IMG/VR virus record: IMGVR_UViG_3300016484_000569
Coordinates: 1-60,073 of that record
Reading direction: 5' to 3' (one strand)
Source: a virus
Taxonomy: Duplodnaviria; Caudoviricetes
Length of the DNA: 60,073 nt
In this document: one piece after another, positions 1 to 9,492 of the stretch
Layout: every line of letters starts with the position of its first letter
Numbering within the stretch: the first letter of the stretch is position 1
Made by a program: the position numbers and the translations under genes
Notes under the pieces: model-generated
Told to the model about the DNA's origin: nothing
Databases searched by the model: none
The model's input: the letters and a program-made list of their open reading frames with translations, nothing else

Positions 1-3000
1 CGGTGCCCGGCAGCAGGTTGCCCAGCGAGGTCCGGCCCGCGATGTCCGCCGGGACATATTCGTTCACCAGCCCCTTGAGGAGTTCCGTGGACATGCCCGG
101 CAGGATGCTGTCGATGAACTGCGCGGTCTCGTAACGCGCGCCCTGCCACCCCGAAATCTTGAGGCGCTGCGCCAGCGTGTCAGCCAAGTCCTCCAAATCC
201 TCGGCGAAGGGCAGGCCCGCGATGCCGCTGAGCAGCACAATCCCGGCGATCATGCCGACCTTGCCGTTGCGGGACAGGTTCATGAACATCTGCACCGAGG
301 TGGTCGGGAAGACCTTATACATATACATGAAGGACTGGATGCCCGAGCGCCATGCAGGCGGGCGGTTCAGCACCGAGTACTCGCCCATGGTGTACTGCAT
401 CGCCTTGACGGCGAAGGCGCGGGCGGCTGCATCCGCTTCCGTTTCGCTCATGCCTGCGGCGACCTTGCGGTCGAACTCCAGCCGGTAGGCGGCAAGGCCC
501 AGCGTCCGGCGGCTGGCCTGTTCGGTGACGTTGAAGGTCCACATCCACCCGTCTTGGAACTTCTGCATGAAGCCCGAGGTGGTGCGCCCGCGCGCCGTGC
601 CGACCAGCGCGTTCGACTGGGCCGGGATCATGGCCCCGTCCCGGATTTCCTGTGCGATGAAGGCCGCCTCGCGGGCCTTCAACCCGTACTTCGCTTCGAG
701 CGCCGGGTCGGCGGCGACCGCAGCAGCGACCCGGTCATAGAACTCCGCCGTGTTGGCCTCGCGGCTGGTGACACCGGGTGCACCGACCTGCTTGCCTGCA
801 CGGGACATCTCCGCCAGAACGCTGCCGACCGAGAAGCCACCACCGAAGGCGGTTTTCGGGTTGTAGCTGGACAGGTAGGGCACCCCGTTGGTGACCAGTG
901 ACAGCAGGTTCAGCGCCCCGGTAGCGACGGAGCCGCCCAGTTGCATCATCGAGGTGGCGGCGCGGATGCGAGACACCAGCGGGCCAGACCCAAAGTCCGA
1001 CTCGTCCACGTTGCGGTTGCCATCGAGGAAGGCGACCGTGCTGGCGGCCTCGTTGTAGAACTGGTTGCCCCGGCGTGGCAGCCCACCGCCCGGGTTGGTC
1101 TGGTTGTACATGTAGGCGTACTGCTCATAGGCCCGCTGCGCGTCGGCGATCTCCTCCTTCTTCGCGGTCGGGTTGGCTGCCAGTGCCTCGGCGCGCTCCT
1201 TCAACTTCTGCAGCGCCGCAGCGTCCCCGTTCCACAGCCGGTTGGTGGATTCCATGCTGCGGTCCATCAGTTCAGCCAGTCGCGGGCGCATCAGCACCTT
1301 GGCGACGGTGGAGGCCCGGCTCTCGATGTGGCGCATGGTCGCCATGACGCCATCCATCTTGGCCCCGGGGGTGAACGAACGCTCCAGCCGGTTGCGCGCG
1401 TTGCTGTTCTGCCGGGTCAGGGCGACGATGACGTCCTCCATCTTTTCCGGCGTCAGGGTGATGTCGAACTGGCGCAGGCCCCGGATGAACTCGTTGAGGT
1501 TCAGTTCCGGCGGCGCGGCGATGGCGTCGAGGGCGCGCTCGGACACGGCGCGCAGCTTCACCTTCTGCAGGCGATACTCCCCGGCGTCTTGGTCATAGGC
1601 CATGACCTCGAACTCGTTGTCCCCGAACAGGGCGTTCGTCTTCTGCACAGCTTCCATGGATTCGGAGGCCGTGTCGAACTGGGAGTAGACCAGTTGCTCG
1701 CGGTAGCTGTCCTGCAGCCGCACGATCTTGTTGCCGATGAAGGCCTCCACCCGCATCTGGAACTTGCCCTCGCGCAGGATCGGCGTGTAGCCCGTGGCGA
1801 TGGTGCGCTTGGTGTATTTGTCGGCGTCCTTGCTGGCGAGTTCGGACAGGATGACCTGCTTGACCTTGTTCTGGACCACGTAGCGATCCTCGCCCAGCCG
1901 CATCCGCGACTTGAATGCCTGCAGTTGGGCGATCAGATCGTCGGCCAACTGGGCTTCCATGGCGGCGGGCAGGGTCCGGCGCTCCTTGCCGTCCTTGGTC
2001 GTGAAGACCCGGTCTTCGGTCAGCAGTTGGCGCAGGGTGTCGAAGCGATCCGACTTCTCCCCGATCAGCGCCGCGTTGGCGGTGCGCAGCACGTCGTTGG
2101 CATAGGTCTGGAAGTCCACGTCCAGCACGGCCCGGCCGGTCGGGTCTTGCGTGACGTTGGACAGGTAGAGGCCGCCATAGGTCTGCGCGAGCGTGGTCAT
2201 CGCCGCGCGCTCCTCGGCGCTCAACTCCCCGTCCGGCACGGTCGCCGCGATCTGGCGGAAGGCAAGGTCCCGCTCCTGCAGGGCACCCTCATAGCGGGCG
2301 CGCAGCAGTTCGAGTTCGATGTCATCCATCGCCTCGCGCAGTTTGACGTAGCCCCGCCACTCGATGCTGTCCTTGGTCAGCCCCTTGACGCCGTCGAACC
2401 GCTCCTTCTTGGTGACGGTCTGCCCGGCCTCGTCGAAGGTCACGTCGTACTCGAATCCGTCCCGCATCTCCTCGAAGCTGCGGTGCCCGATGGCGCGCAG
2501 GCGCGCGATCTCTGGCGCGTTCTTGGTCAGCTTGCCGTCCACCATGGTGAACAGCGGCACGTTACCCAGATCGCCGATGGCGCGGGTCTGAGCCACGGCG
2601 GCGCGCTGGCCCGCATAGAGCATCCGGTTGACGGTCTCGGTCTGCTTGTCCGAGATGCCGCCCACCTCGCCCGCAATGGCGCGGTTCAGCACCAGCCGCA
2701 GGCGCTCGTTATAGCTGACCTTGAGCGACATGGAGATGTTGCGGGTCTCGTCGATCAGTTCCTCCAGCGCCGCCAGCCCGGGGTTCTGGCGCGCACGGAA
2801 GTTGGCAAGGCTGAGGAACTTGGACTTGAACCCGTCCCATGTCGTGGCCGAGTTGACACCCTGCCCCTTGAGGTAGGCCCAGCCCTCCTCGATGCTCATC
2901 GGCAACCCGCCAATGCTGTCGCGCAGCAGGCCCGCAGCGGTGTTCACGTCGCGCAGGGAGGGCGCGGTGGAGAAACGACCCGTACCGCCGAGCGACTCGA

Positions 3001-6000
3001 CCTCGTGGAGGCGGGCACCAACAGACTGTGCATCGAAGGTCGCGCCGCTTTTGGAGCGGGCGTAGCGCCGGGCCTGATCCAGCAGGTAGCGGGTCATCTC
3101 GTCGCCGGTGCGGATGTTCAGTGCGTTCAGGAAGGCCTTGATGCCATTCCACACCCGCGCCACGATGCTGGTATCCAGCACGGCGGCGTAGTCGGAGAGG
3201 TATTCCTCGACAGCCTCGGCCCGCGACAGCTTGCTGTTCGCCGCCATGGCAGCATCCACGGCGCGCTGGACGCGCGAGTCGCCTTTGTAGAGCGTCTCCA
3301 TCAGAGCATCGAACTTCGGCCCGGGCATGATGCCCCGCAGCCCGAAGTGACCCAGCGTTTCGTGGGCAAGCACGAAACGAAGCTGCTGTTCGGTGACGAT
3401 CCGGCCGGTGAAGATAATGACCTCACCCTCGCCGAAGGCGTAGCCCATGGCAGGCGCGGTGTCGAAGTCACCCTGCGGACGGGCTGCCACGGCGCGGGCA
3501 TAGAGGTCGGGGAACCGGGCTTTCAGGTCGGCTTGGTCGCGCACAACGGTCACGCGCGGAGCGCGGGCCAGCTTTGCTACGAAGTTGCGCACCAGAAGCT
3601 GCACCCGTCCCGGCGCGATGCGTGCCACGGGGCGGCCATCCAGATCGACGGCGTTGGTGACTTGGTTCATATCCGCCAGAGCGAAAGCGCCACGGGCGGT
3701 CAGCATACCCCGCTGCCAGTTCGGCTCGTTGCGGTCGTTGACATAGGCCAGCAGCGGCGCGTTGCCGCGCATTGCGGTCCGGCCCTCCTCGCCGAGACCC
3801 TTCACCTCGATGGCGGTCTTGCGGAACTCCGTCATAAACCCGGGCGGCAGGTTGTCCCGATCCTGTGCATAAGTGTCCAGCATGGCGTTGAGGCGGGTGA
3901 TGGCGCTTTCGCCCCCCACAGCCTCGTTCAGGGCTGCGGCCTCTGCCACGATCTCCTCGACCGTGCCGACCTTCTTGAAGCGTTCGAACAACTCGTCGGC
4001 CAGCGCGCGGTCTTCCTCCGGCAGGCTCTCGATGTATTTCTTCGCGGCGCGCATCTGCGCCCGCATGGCCGCCGCCAGTTCCGGGTCGGTATCGCGCAGC
4101 CCGGTGGCGCGCTGGCTGGACATTCGGCGCAGTTCGAACAGCGCGGAGTCACGGGCGAAGGTGTCGCCATCAGCGACAGCCTGCTGGACGTCGGCGATCA
4201 GTTCATCGACCTCAGCCACCATGGTGGCGGACAGGTCCTGCTTGACCTTAGCCACCCGCGCCGCTTCGGTTTCCGCGCGCTTGATGGCGTCTTCCTTGGT
4301 GACGACAGCGCGCGTCTGCGCCGCCGTCGGCGCGGCCCGCTCTGCGGTCTGCTGGGCGGCGATCTCCTCTGCGCTGCGGCGCACGGTTTTGGCGCGGGTG
4401 CCACCCTCAACCAGATCGAGGGTCTTCACGGCGTTAGCGGCAGCAGTGGCCTCTGCGCCGCCAGTTCTGGCACCGGTGATCTCGGGCACCGCCTCGGCCC
4501 GGGGCTGGGGTTTACCACGCTGGACGGCTGCCTGCTTCGGCGCGGTGGGTTTTGCGGCAGCCTGCTTCTGGACCTTCGCCTTGCCGGTCGGCGTCGTCGG
4601 CGCGGGCGGCGGTGCAATCAGGGCGGTGAACTTGTCGAGACGCGCCTGTACCTGCGCCGGGTCCTGCAGTCCAGAGGCGTTCATGAACGGGTTGTCGCTG
4701 ACGCTGAACTCGTCGCCGATCAGCGCCCACTCTGCGTCGGTGCGGGCACCCAGCCAGTCGGCGTAGTCACCAATGGTGTCACCCAGTCCGTTGCGCAGGT
4801 CCGTGCTACCACTGGTGGTGTACCCTGAGAGGAACCGGCGGATTTCTTTGAACTTGGACGCCAGTGGGTACGTCGCATCCAGTGCTGGCGCTGTGGGGGC
4901 AGGGGCAGGCGCAGTCGCTTTCGCAGCAGCCTCGCGCTGCTTCTTGGTCAGCGGTTTCCCTTTGACAGGAGCAGCGGCAGGAGCAGCGGCGGCAGCGGCA
5001 GGAGCAGCGGCAGGAGCAGCGGCAGGAGCAGCGGCAGGAGCAGCGGCAGGAGCAGCGGCAGGAGCAGCGGCAGCCATAGCGGCGTCGGCCTGCGCCTTCT
5101 TGGAGGCGTTCTTTGCTTGCTTGGCAGCCTGCGCCTTCGCTTTCAGTGGGTTCTGTGCGGTAGCCTCAGCCACGGGTGCACCCGGGCGAAGTTCATCAGC
5201 CGGTACGAACGTCTCTTGCCCGTCAGGTGTACGTACCTTCTGGTAGAAGCGGCCGTCGGGGCCAGCCTGCGCTGGCTCCGCCATAACCTCGACCGGGTAG
5301 TCATAGTCCTTACTGGCCCACGTAGCGGGTCCCGCAGGGACAGCAGGGGCGGGAGCAGCAGGGGCAGTAGGGGCAGTAGGGGCAGTAGGGGCAGTAGGGA
5401 CAGCCTCGGGCGCAGCAGGGGCAGCAGGTTGCACCATCTCACTCGGAGCCAGCAGCATCGGACGCCGCGCATCCGCCCGCTGGCTGGGGCGCAGGAGAAG
5501 TCGCTCCATGGGGGCGGGAGTGGTGGGCTGCACCATCTCGCTCGGGGCCAACAGCATCGGAGCGCGGCCATCCGCCCGCTGGCTGGGGCGCAGGATCAGG
5601 GTTTCCATGGGGGCAGGCGCAGCGGCAGGCTGCGTAGCGCCGGGGGCGAGGAGCGTGCGGCCTTTCGCCGTGTCGGCTGCGGCAGCAGCTTGGCGCATCT
5701 CCGGGGTGAGCGGCATCGGTCCAAGGGTGGACTGCCACTGGTCGGCCAGTGCCTGCTCCGAGACCCCCAGCGACGGGATCGCCGGGCCGAGCGCGTTGTT
5801 CGCCTCCCAGTTGGCAGCCAGTGCGGCTTCTTCGGGCGACAGGTTAGGGACGACCGGACCCAGCCCCGTCATCGGCGCTGTGGTAGACGCGGCCTGCTCG
5901 GCAGCCTTTGCGTTCAAGTCGACGGGTTTGTTCGGATCGACCGGGGTCTTGGGTTTACCCGCCAGCGCGCCATGCGGCATGATCGTACCAGTCAGCCCGC

Positions 6001-7105
6001 CAAGGCCGAGGCCAGCGAGGAACGACACAGCACCAGCCTCGCCGTAACGGTCGGCGATGTAGGGGAACAGCGTCTTCCAGTCCTTGGGCGACATGTTGTC
6101 CCGCACCGTCGGGTCAAACATCAACGACTCGATGGCAGTCTGCGCGGTCTCGGTTATCCCTTCGACGGCACCAGTGGCGATACCAGAGGTCAGCCGCCGC
6201 CGGATGGCGTTCTTGGCCCCGGTCTCCAGTGCGTTGCGGGCAATCGGGCTGAGGAGCCTGCTCTCGATACCCAGCGTATCGAGGTAGGAGTTCAAGGTCG
6301 CACCACCGATGATGCCCACCTTGGTCTCAAGGCTGGTCATGTCCGCGTTGTTGCTGACTGCCGCGTCGTACATACCCGCAAGATGGGTCGGGAAGTTGAA
6401 CGTCGCCGCGCCGATGGTGCCCGCCTTCGCCACGCTGCTTGCCGCCATGCCTGCACGCGAGGCCCAAGATGCCGCCCCTACGCCCCCGACCAACGAGCCG
6501 ATCAGCATAGGAATGGATTCGATACCCGCGTCGATAGCCTGCTCCCAGATACTGCTGCTCTCCGCGATCAGAGCGGAACGAAGCTGCTCGTTCTCCGAGT
6601 CCCCAAGGAGGCTCTCGACTGGTGCGCGCAGTGCGGCCCCGGTCTCCTCGAACCCAGCAAGTGACGCCGCGGTCCCCGGCAGTGTGCCTAGACCGTAAGC
6701 GAGGTTCTTGAACCCACGACCGATAAGTTCCCCCGTACCCCGGCGCTCCGAGAACGCCTTGGCCCGGGCGGCGTACTCACCCGGTGACATGACCTTCCAC
6801 TCGGGGCCGACCGGCTCGGGACCGGTCGGGGACTGCAGGTAGTCCGGCACACTGAGGACGGACTTGATGTCGTCCGCAGCAAAGGTGCGACCCCCCGCCG
6901 ACATCTCGTTGGTGACCGGGTTGAACAGCAACTGCCCAGACGGCGCGGTCGGCTGCGTCTGTTGCGTGGCAGTCTGCGGCGCGATACCGGCGAGGCCACC
7001 CTGCATCATGGTGTCAACCCGCCCAAGCGACTCCCGCCGGACCCGATCCACATCCACAGCGGTGGGCATCGGGACGGGGGCGAAGGGATCAATGAGTCCG
7101 ACCAT
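1..7105 (-). CDS. Giant internal virion/ejected polyvalent protein, N-terminal 2,368 codons (zincin metallopeptidase domain plus PLxRFG-like C-terminal region); continues at 60073..59454
   Basis: ATG at 7105 overlaps the upstream TAA (TAATG). Hand translation is open to position 1 (MVGLIDPFAPVP...AGRTSLGNLLPGT). Motifs: LAHETLGHFGLR...EEY (~3370-3200) and GYTPILREGKF (~1793-1760). Absent from the ORF track because no stop precedes the window edge. Confidence 0.9.
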   Translation of the reverse strand, partial: MVGLIDPFAPVPMPTAVDVDRVRRESLGRVDTMMQGGLAGIAPQTATQQTQPTAPSGQLLFNPVTNEMSAGGRTFAADDIKSVLSVPDYLQSPTGPEPVGPEWKVMSPGEYAARAKAFSERRGTGELIGRGFKNLAYGLGTLPGTAASLAGFEETGAALRAPVESLLGDSENEQLRSALIAESSSIWEQAIDAGIESIPMLIGSLVGGVGAASWASRAGMAASSVAKAGTIGAATFNFPTHLAGMYDAAVSNNADMTSLETKVGIIGGATLNSYLDTLGIESRLLSPIARNALETGAKNAIRRRLTSGIATGAVEGITETAQTAIESLMFDPTVRDNMSPKDWKTLFPYIADRYGEAGAVSFLAGLGLGGLTGTIMPHGALAGKPKTPVDPNKPVDLNAKAAEQAASTTAPMTGLGPVVPNLSPEEAALAANWEANNALGPAIPSLGVSEQALADQWQSTLGPMPLTPEMRQAAAAADTAKGRTLLAPGATQPAAAPAPMETLILRPSQRADGRAPMLLAPSEMVQPTTPAPMERLLLRPSQRADARRPMLLAPSEMVQPAAPAAPEAVPTAPTAPTAPTAPAAPAPAVPAGPATWASKDYDYPVEVMAEPAQAGPDGRFYQKVRTPDGQETFVPADELRPGAPVAEATAQNPLKAKAQAAKQAKNASKKAQADAAMAAAAPAAAPAAAPAAAPAAAPAAAPAAAAAAPAAAPVKGKPLTKKQREAAAKATAPAPAPTAPALDATYPLASKFKEIRRFLSGYTTSGSTDLRNGLGDTIGDYADWLGARTDAEWALIGDEFSVSDNPFMNASGLQDPAQVQARLDKFTALIAPPPAPTTPTGKAKVQKQAAAKPTAPKQAAVQRGKPQPRAEAVPEITGARTGGAEATAAANAVKTLDLVEGGTRAKTVRRSAEEIAAQQTAERAAPTAAQTRAVVTKEDAIKRAETEAARVAKVKQDLSATMVAEVDELIADVQQAVADGDTFARDSALFELRRMSSQRATGLRDTDPELAAAMRAQMRAAKKYIESLPEEDRALADELFERFKKVGTVEEIVAEAAALNEAVGGESAITRLNAMLDTYAQDRDNLPPGFMTEFRKTAIEVKGLGEEGRTAMRGNAPLLAYVNDRNEPNWQRGMLTARGAFALADMNQVTNAVDLDGRPVARIAPGRVQLLVRNFVAKLARAPRVTVVRDQADLKARFPDLYARAVAARPQGDFDTAPAMGYAFGEGEVIIFTGRIVTEQQLRFVLAHETLGHFGLRGIMPGPKFDALMETLYKGDSRVQRAVDAAMAANSKLSRAEAVEEYLSDYAAVLDTSIVARVWNGIKAFLNALNIRTGDEMTRYLLDQARRYARSKSGATFDAQSVGARLHEVESLGGTGRFSTAPSLRDVNTAAGLLRDSIGGLPMSIEEGWAYLKGQGVNSATTWDGFKSKFLSLANFRARQNPGLAALEELIDETRNISMSLKVSYNERLRLVLNRAIAGEVGGISDKQTETVNRMLYAGQRAAVAQTRAIGDLGNVPLFTMVDGKLTKNAPEIARLRAIGHRSFEEMRDGFEYDVTFDEAGQTVTKKERFDGVKGLTKDSIEWRGYVKLREAMDDIELELLRARYEGALQERDLAFRQIAATVPDGELSAEERAAMTTLAQTYGGLYLSNVTQDPTGRAVLDVDFQTYANDVLRTANAALIGEKSDRFDTLRQLLTEDRVFTTKDGKERRTLPAAMEAQLADDLIAQLQAFKSRMRLGEDRYVVQNKVKQVILSELASKDADKYTKRTIATGYTPILREGKFQMRVEAFIGNKIVRLQDSYREQLVYSQFDTASESMEAVQKTNALFGDNEFEVMAYDQDAGEYRLQKVKLRAVSERALDAIAAPPELNLNEFIRGLRQFDITLTPEKMEDVIVALTRQNSNARNRLERSFTPGAKMDGVMATMRHIESRASTVAKVLMRPRLAELMDRSMESTNRLWNGDAAALQKLKERAEALAANPTAKKEEIADAQRAYEQYAYMYNQTNPGGGLPRRGNQFYNEAASTVAFLDGNRNVDESDFGSGPLVSRIRAATSMMQLGGSVATGALNLLSLVTNGVPYLSSYNPKTAFGGGFSVGSVLAEMSRAGKQVGAPGVTSREANTAEFYDRVAAAVAADPALEAKYGLKAREAAFIAQEIRDGAMIPAQSNALVGTARGRTTSGFMQKFQDGWMWTFNVTEQASRRTLGLAAYRLEFDRKVAAGMSETEADAAARAFAVKAMQYTMGEYSVLNRPPAWRSGIQSFMYMYKVFPTTSVQMFMNLSRNGKVGMIAGIVLLSGIAGLPFAEDLEDLADTLAQRLKISGWQGARYETAQFIDSILPGMSTELLKGLVNEYVPADIAGRTSLGNLLPGT
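4966..5070. repeat. 12-bp tandem repeat CAGGAGCAGCGG (2 + 6 copies, 9-nt interruption) encoding (AAAP)n
   Basis: Read directly from the sequence. Confidence 0.95.
5361..5399. repeat. 9-bp tandem repeat GGGGCAGTA x4 encoding (PTA)n
   Basis: Read directly from the sequence. Confidence 0.95.
5427..5617. repeat. 99-bp imperfect tandem duplication (PMETLILRPSQRADGRAPMLLAPSEMVQP / PMERLLLRPSQRADARRPMLLAPSEMVQP)
   Basis: GCACCATCTC recurs at 5431 and 5530; the translated units align. Confidence 0.9.
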
Positions 7106-9480
7106 TATTGGTTTCTCCGCATATCGACGACACCCGTCTGGACAGTCTCCACTGTGCCATCCGGGTTGGTCTGCAACTGGATGACGCTCAAAGGAGTGTT
7201 CGGGTTTTTCTTGTCAAAGAGCAAGATGCTGGTGGAGTTGTCCGGGTTCTGGATCGTCTGGGTAGAGAGGTCAGGGTTGGTCCCCGCCTGCGATGCGAAG
7301 ATCGCCTTAGCCTGCTCCACCGTGACTTCGCGCTCCTGCTGCAGGGTCTGCTCAAGGATGATCTTGGTCTGCTCGGCAGCGTACTTGGCCTGCTCCGCGG
7401 CTTGCGCGACACGAGCGGCGCGTGCGGCGTCTACCTGCGCGCGGTACGCCTCATTCACCCCATACAGGTACTGCTGTACCATGAACTGCGGATCGACGCC
7501 GCTCTGTGCAACGCGCCCGTCGACGGTCACATCGTAGGTACCAGTGCCGGTAGGCGTGATGCGCACCGTCTGTCCAGTCATCCCTGACAACACTTCGGCC
7601 ATGGGGTCAAAGTTGCCGGACATCGCGGCATTGCCCGCTTTGATGTACCCGAGCGTAGTCCTCCGCGCTTGGATGAGCGCGAGTTGCCCATCGGCCTCCA
7701 TCAGGGTGGCAGCATCGCGCGTCTGTCGCGCAAACTCCATCTGGCGCAGCAAGGCTTGCTCCCGCGCGGCCAGCGCGGCTTCCTCCTGCCCGACCATGGC
7801 GGTGTCTTGGAACAGCGCGGCGAGACCCGGGAAGCTGCCTGTGTCGGTCATGACACTCGCCCCGGCGCGGATGTCACTCGTGGTGACTGAGGGCGCGGTA
7901 ACACCCGCAGCGGGCGGTGATTCGACGCCGGGACTGGTAGGCACCTGCACGCCAGCAGGCTGCTGGGGGGCAGTCGGTTCCGCAGCAGCCTGTTCGGCTG
8001 CGATCAGCGCGTCCTCGCTCTGTTGGAACGTCAGGTCTGGGCGGGCACGTGGACGCAGCGTATCGACCCCGGCCTGCTGCACAGGCAGGACCGGCGGTGC
8101 GGGCGGCGTCGGGACAGTCACACCCGCCGCCACCGTGGGCATCGGAGCCTCCCGACCAGTGGCGGCCGGACCTTCCAGCGCCAAGGTGCCTCGCTGGTTG
8201 GGGTATTGTTGCGTTGCCGAGATGAACCCAGCGACCAGCGGGGCCAGTCGGTTGACTTCCGCCCGGGCCGCCGTCGCCCGGGCAAAGGTTTCGCTCGACG
8301 GGTTGGCCACATAGGCCGCCTCCGCGTTCACCAGTTCCTCTCTGGCCAGATCAAGTTCGACAGAGGCGAACTCCGGGTTGGCCGTAGACAGCCCGGCATA
8401 CCCGGCCGTGTAGTCGGCCAGCCGTTGCGCGGTGCCACGAGCGGCGAAGTCCCCCGGTCGCCCCTGCGGTGCGGTCGGGAGAGCAATGGTACCATCGGGG
8501 TTGAACCGCACGCCGGTATCCGGGGTAGGGGCCTCCAGTGCGGCAGCGTAATCCGCCGGACGGAACCGTTGGCTCTGGTCAGGCTGCCGCGGGCCGGGCG
8601 CAACCCCCGCCTCGCCTACAGGGGAAGCCGCCGCACGCATGAGGCCGGGATCAATCTGCCCACCGGACCGGACGATGGCGGCTTCCTGCCGCCGACGTGC
8701 TGCGTTGATACCGCCGTTGTCCCCCGCCCGCGCCTCGATGGCTTGCGCGATCTGTTCGGGGTCGCCCGTCCTGACCGCCGCCACGACGCTGTCCGGCAAG
8801 CTGCCATAGTTGTAGGTGATGGAGGCCAGCGGTGCGGAGATGTGCTCGGGCAGCGTGGCCCAGAGTTGTTCCCCCACCTGCGCGGCCGCCCGCGGAATAA
8901 ACTCGGTGTTCAGGCGACGGCTAAGATCGCGCTCCGCATCCTCTTTCGTGACGCGCATACCCGGCCGGACCGGCACGACCTGACCATCCGAGAGCGTGAC
9001 GGTGTCGCTGCCAAACCCCGTGCGGAAAGCATTGACGTCCCAATAGGGTGTATCGCGGAAGCCTTCGAATTGGCGAATGAGGCCAAAGGTCAGATCGGGT
9101 GCCCCGGCTGGGCGCGGCACGTTGAGTTGGTCCGGCGCACCCAGCCGGAATCCGGGGGGAGCCACAGACGGACCTGCAAACATACCCCCGGCACGTGCGC
9201 CGGGTACTGCGGGCGCGGGCGCACCGCCTACAGCAGGAGCGCCGAACGCGTCATACGCCGCTGCAGTACGAGCGCGGTCTTCGGTATCCCAACCAAACTT
9301 CTGCCTCAGGCGCGCGGCCTCCTCCTCGCGCAGGCGCATGGCTTGCGCCCGTTCATCCATGGCCTGCCGGTTCGTCCGGTTAATGATGGACGTGTTGACG
9401 CCCGCACCGAAGGCCTCCGCAGCGCGGCTCTCAGGAGCGCCGATGCCGCCAAGAATACGGTTGCCGAACACTTGTGCCAT
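7105..9480 (-). CDS. Internal virion protein with GH24-like lysozyme domain
   Basis: LIRQFEGFRDTPYWDVNAFRTGFG...SITYNYG...INAARRRQEA matches the phage lysozyme pattern; located among ejected proteins. Confidence 0.75.
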   Translation of the reverse strand: MAQVFGNRILGGIGAPESRAAEAFGAGVNTSIINRTNRQAMDERAQAMRLREEEAARLRQKFGWDTEDRARTAAAYDAFGAPAVGGAPAPAVPGARAGGMFAGPSVAPPGFRLGAPDQLNVPRPAGAPDLTFGLIRQFEGFRDTPYWDVNAFRTGFGSDTVTLSDGQVVPVRPGMRVTKEDAERDLSRRLNTEFIPRAAAQVGEQLWATLPEHISAPLASITYNYGSLPDSVVAAVRTGDPEQIAQAIEARAGDNGGINAARRRQEAAIVRSGGQIDPGLMRAAASPVGEAGVAPGPRQPDQSQRFRPADYAAALEAPTPDTGVRFNPDGTIALPTAPQGRPGDFAARGTAQRLADYTAGYAGLSTANPEFASVELDLAREELVNAEAAYVANPSSETFARATAARAEVNRLAPLVAGFISATQQYPNQRGTLALEGPAATGREAPMPTVAAGVTVPTPPAPPVLPVQQAGVDTLRPRARPDLTFQQSEDALIAAEQAAAEPTAPQQPAGVQVPTSPGVESPPAAGVTAPSVTTSDIRAGASVMTDTGSFPGLAALFQDTAMVGQEEAALAAREQALLRQMEFARQTRDAATLMEADGQLALIQARRTTLGYIKAGNAAMSGNFDPMAEVLSGMTGQTVRITPTGTGTYDVTVDGRVAQSGVDPQFMVQQYLYGVNEAYRAQVDAARAARVAQAAEQAKYAAEQTKIILEQTLQQEREVTVEQAKAIFASQAGTNPDLSTQTIQNPDNSTSILLFDKKNPNTPLSVIQLQTNPDGTVETVQTGVVDMRRNQ

Positions 9481-9492
9481 GGATGCCTCCTA

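Noticed and set aside
941-4828. 1,295-aa plus-strand ORF, and similar long ORFs at 5117-6664, 8023-10482 and 22309-24834
   Set aside because: Antisense shadows of real high-GC minus-strand genes; no motifs, and an H/R/G/V-biased composition
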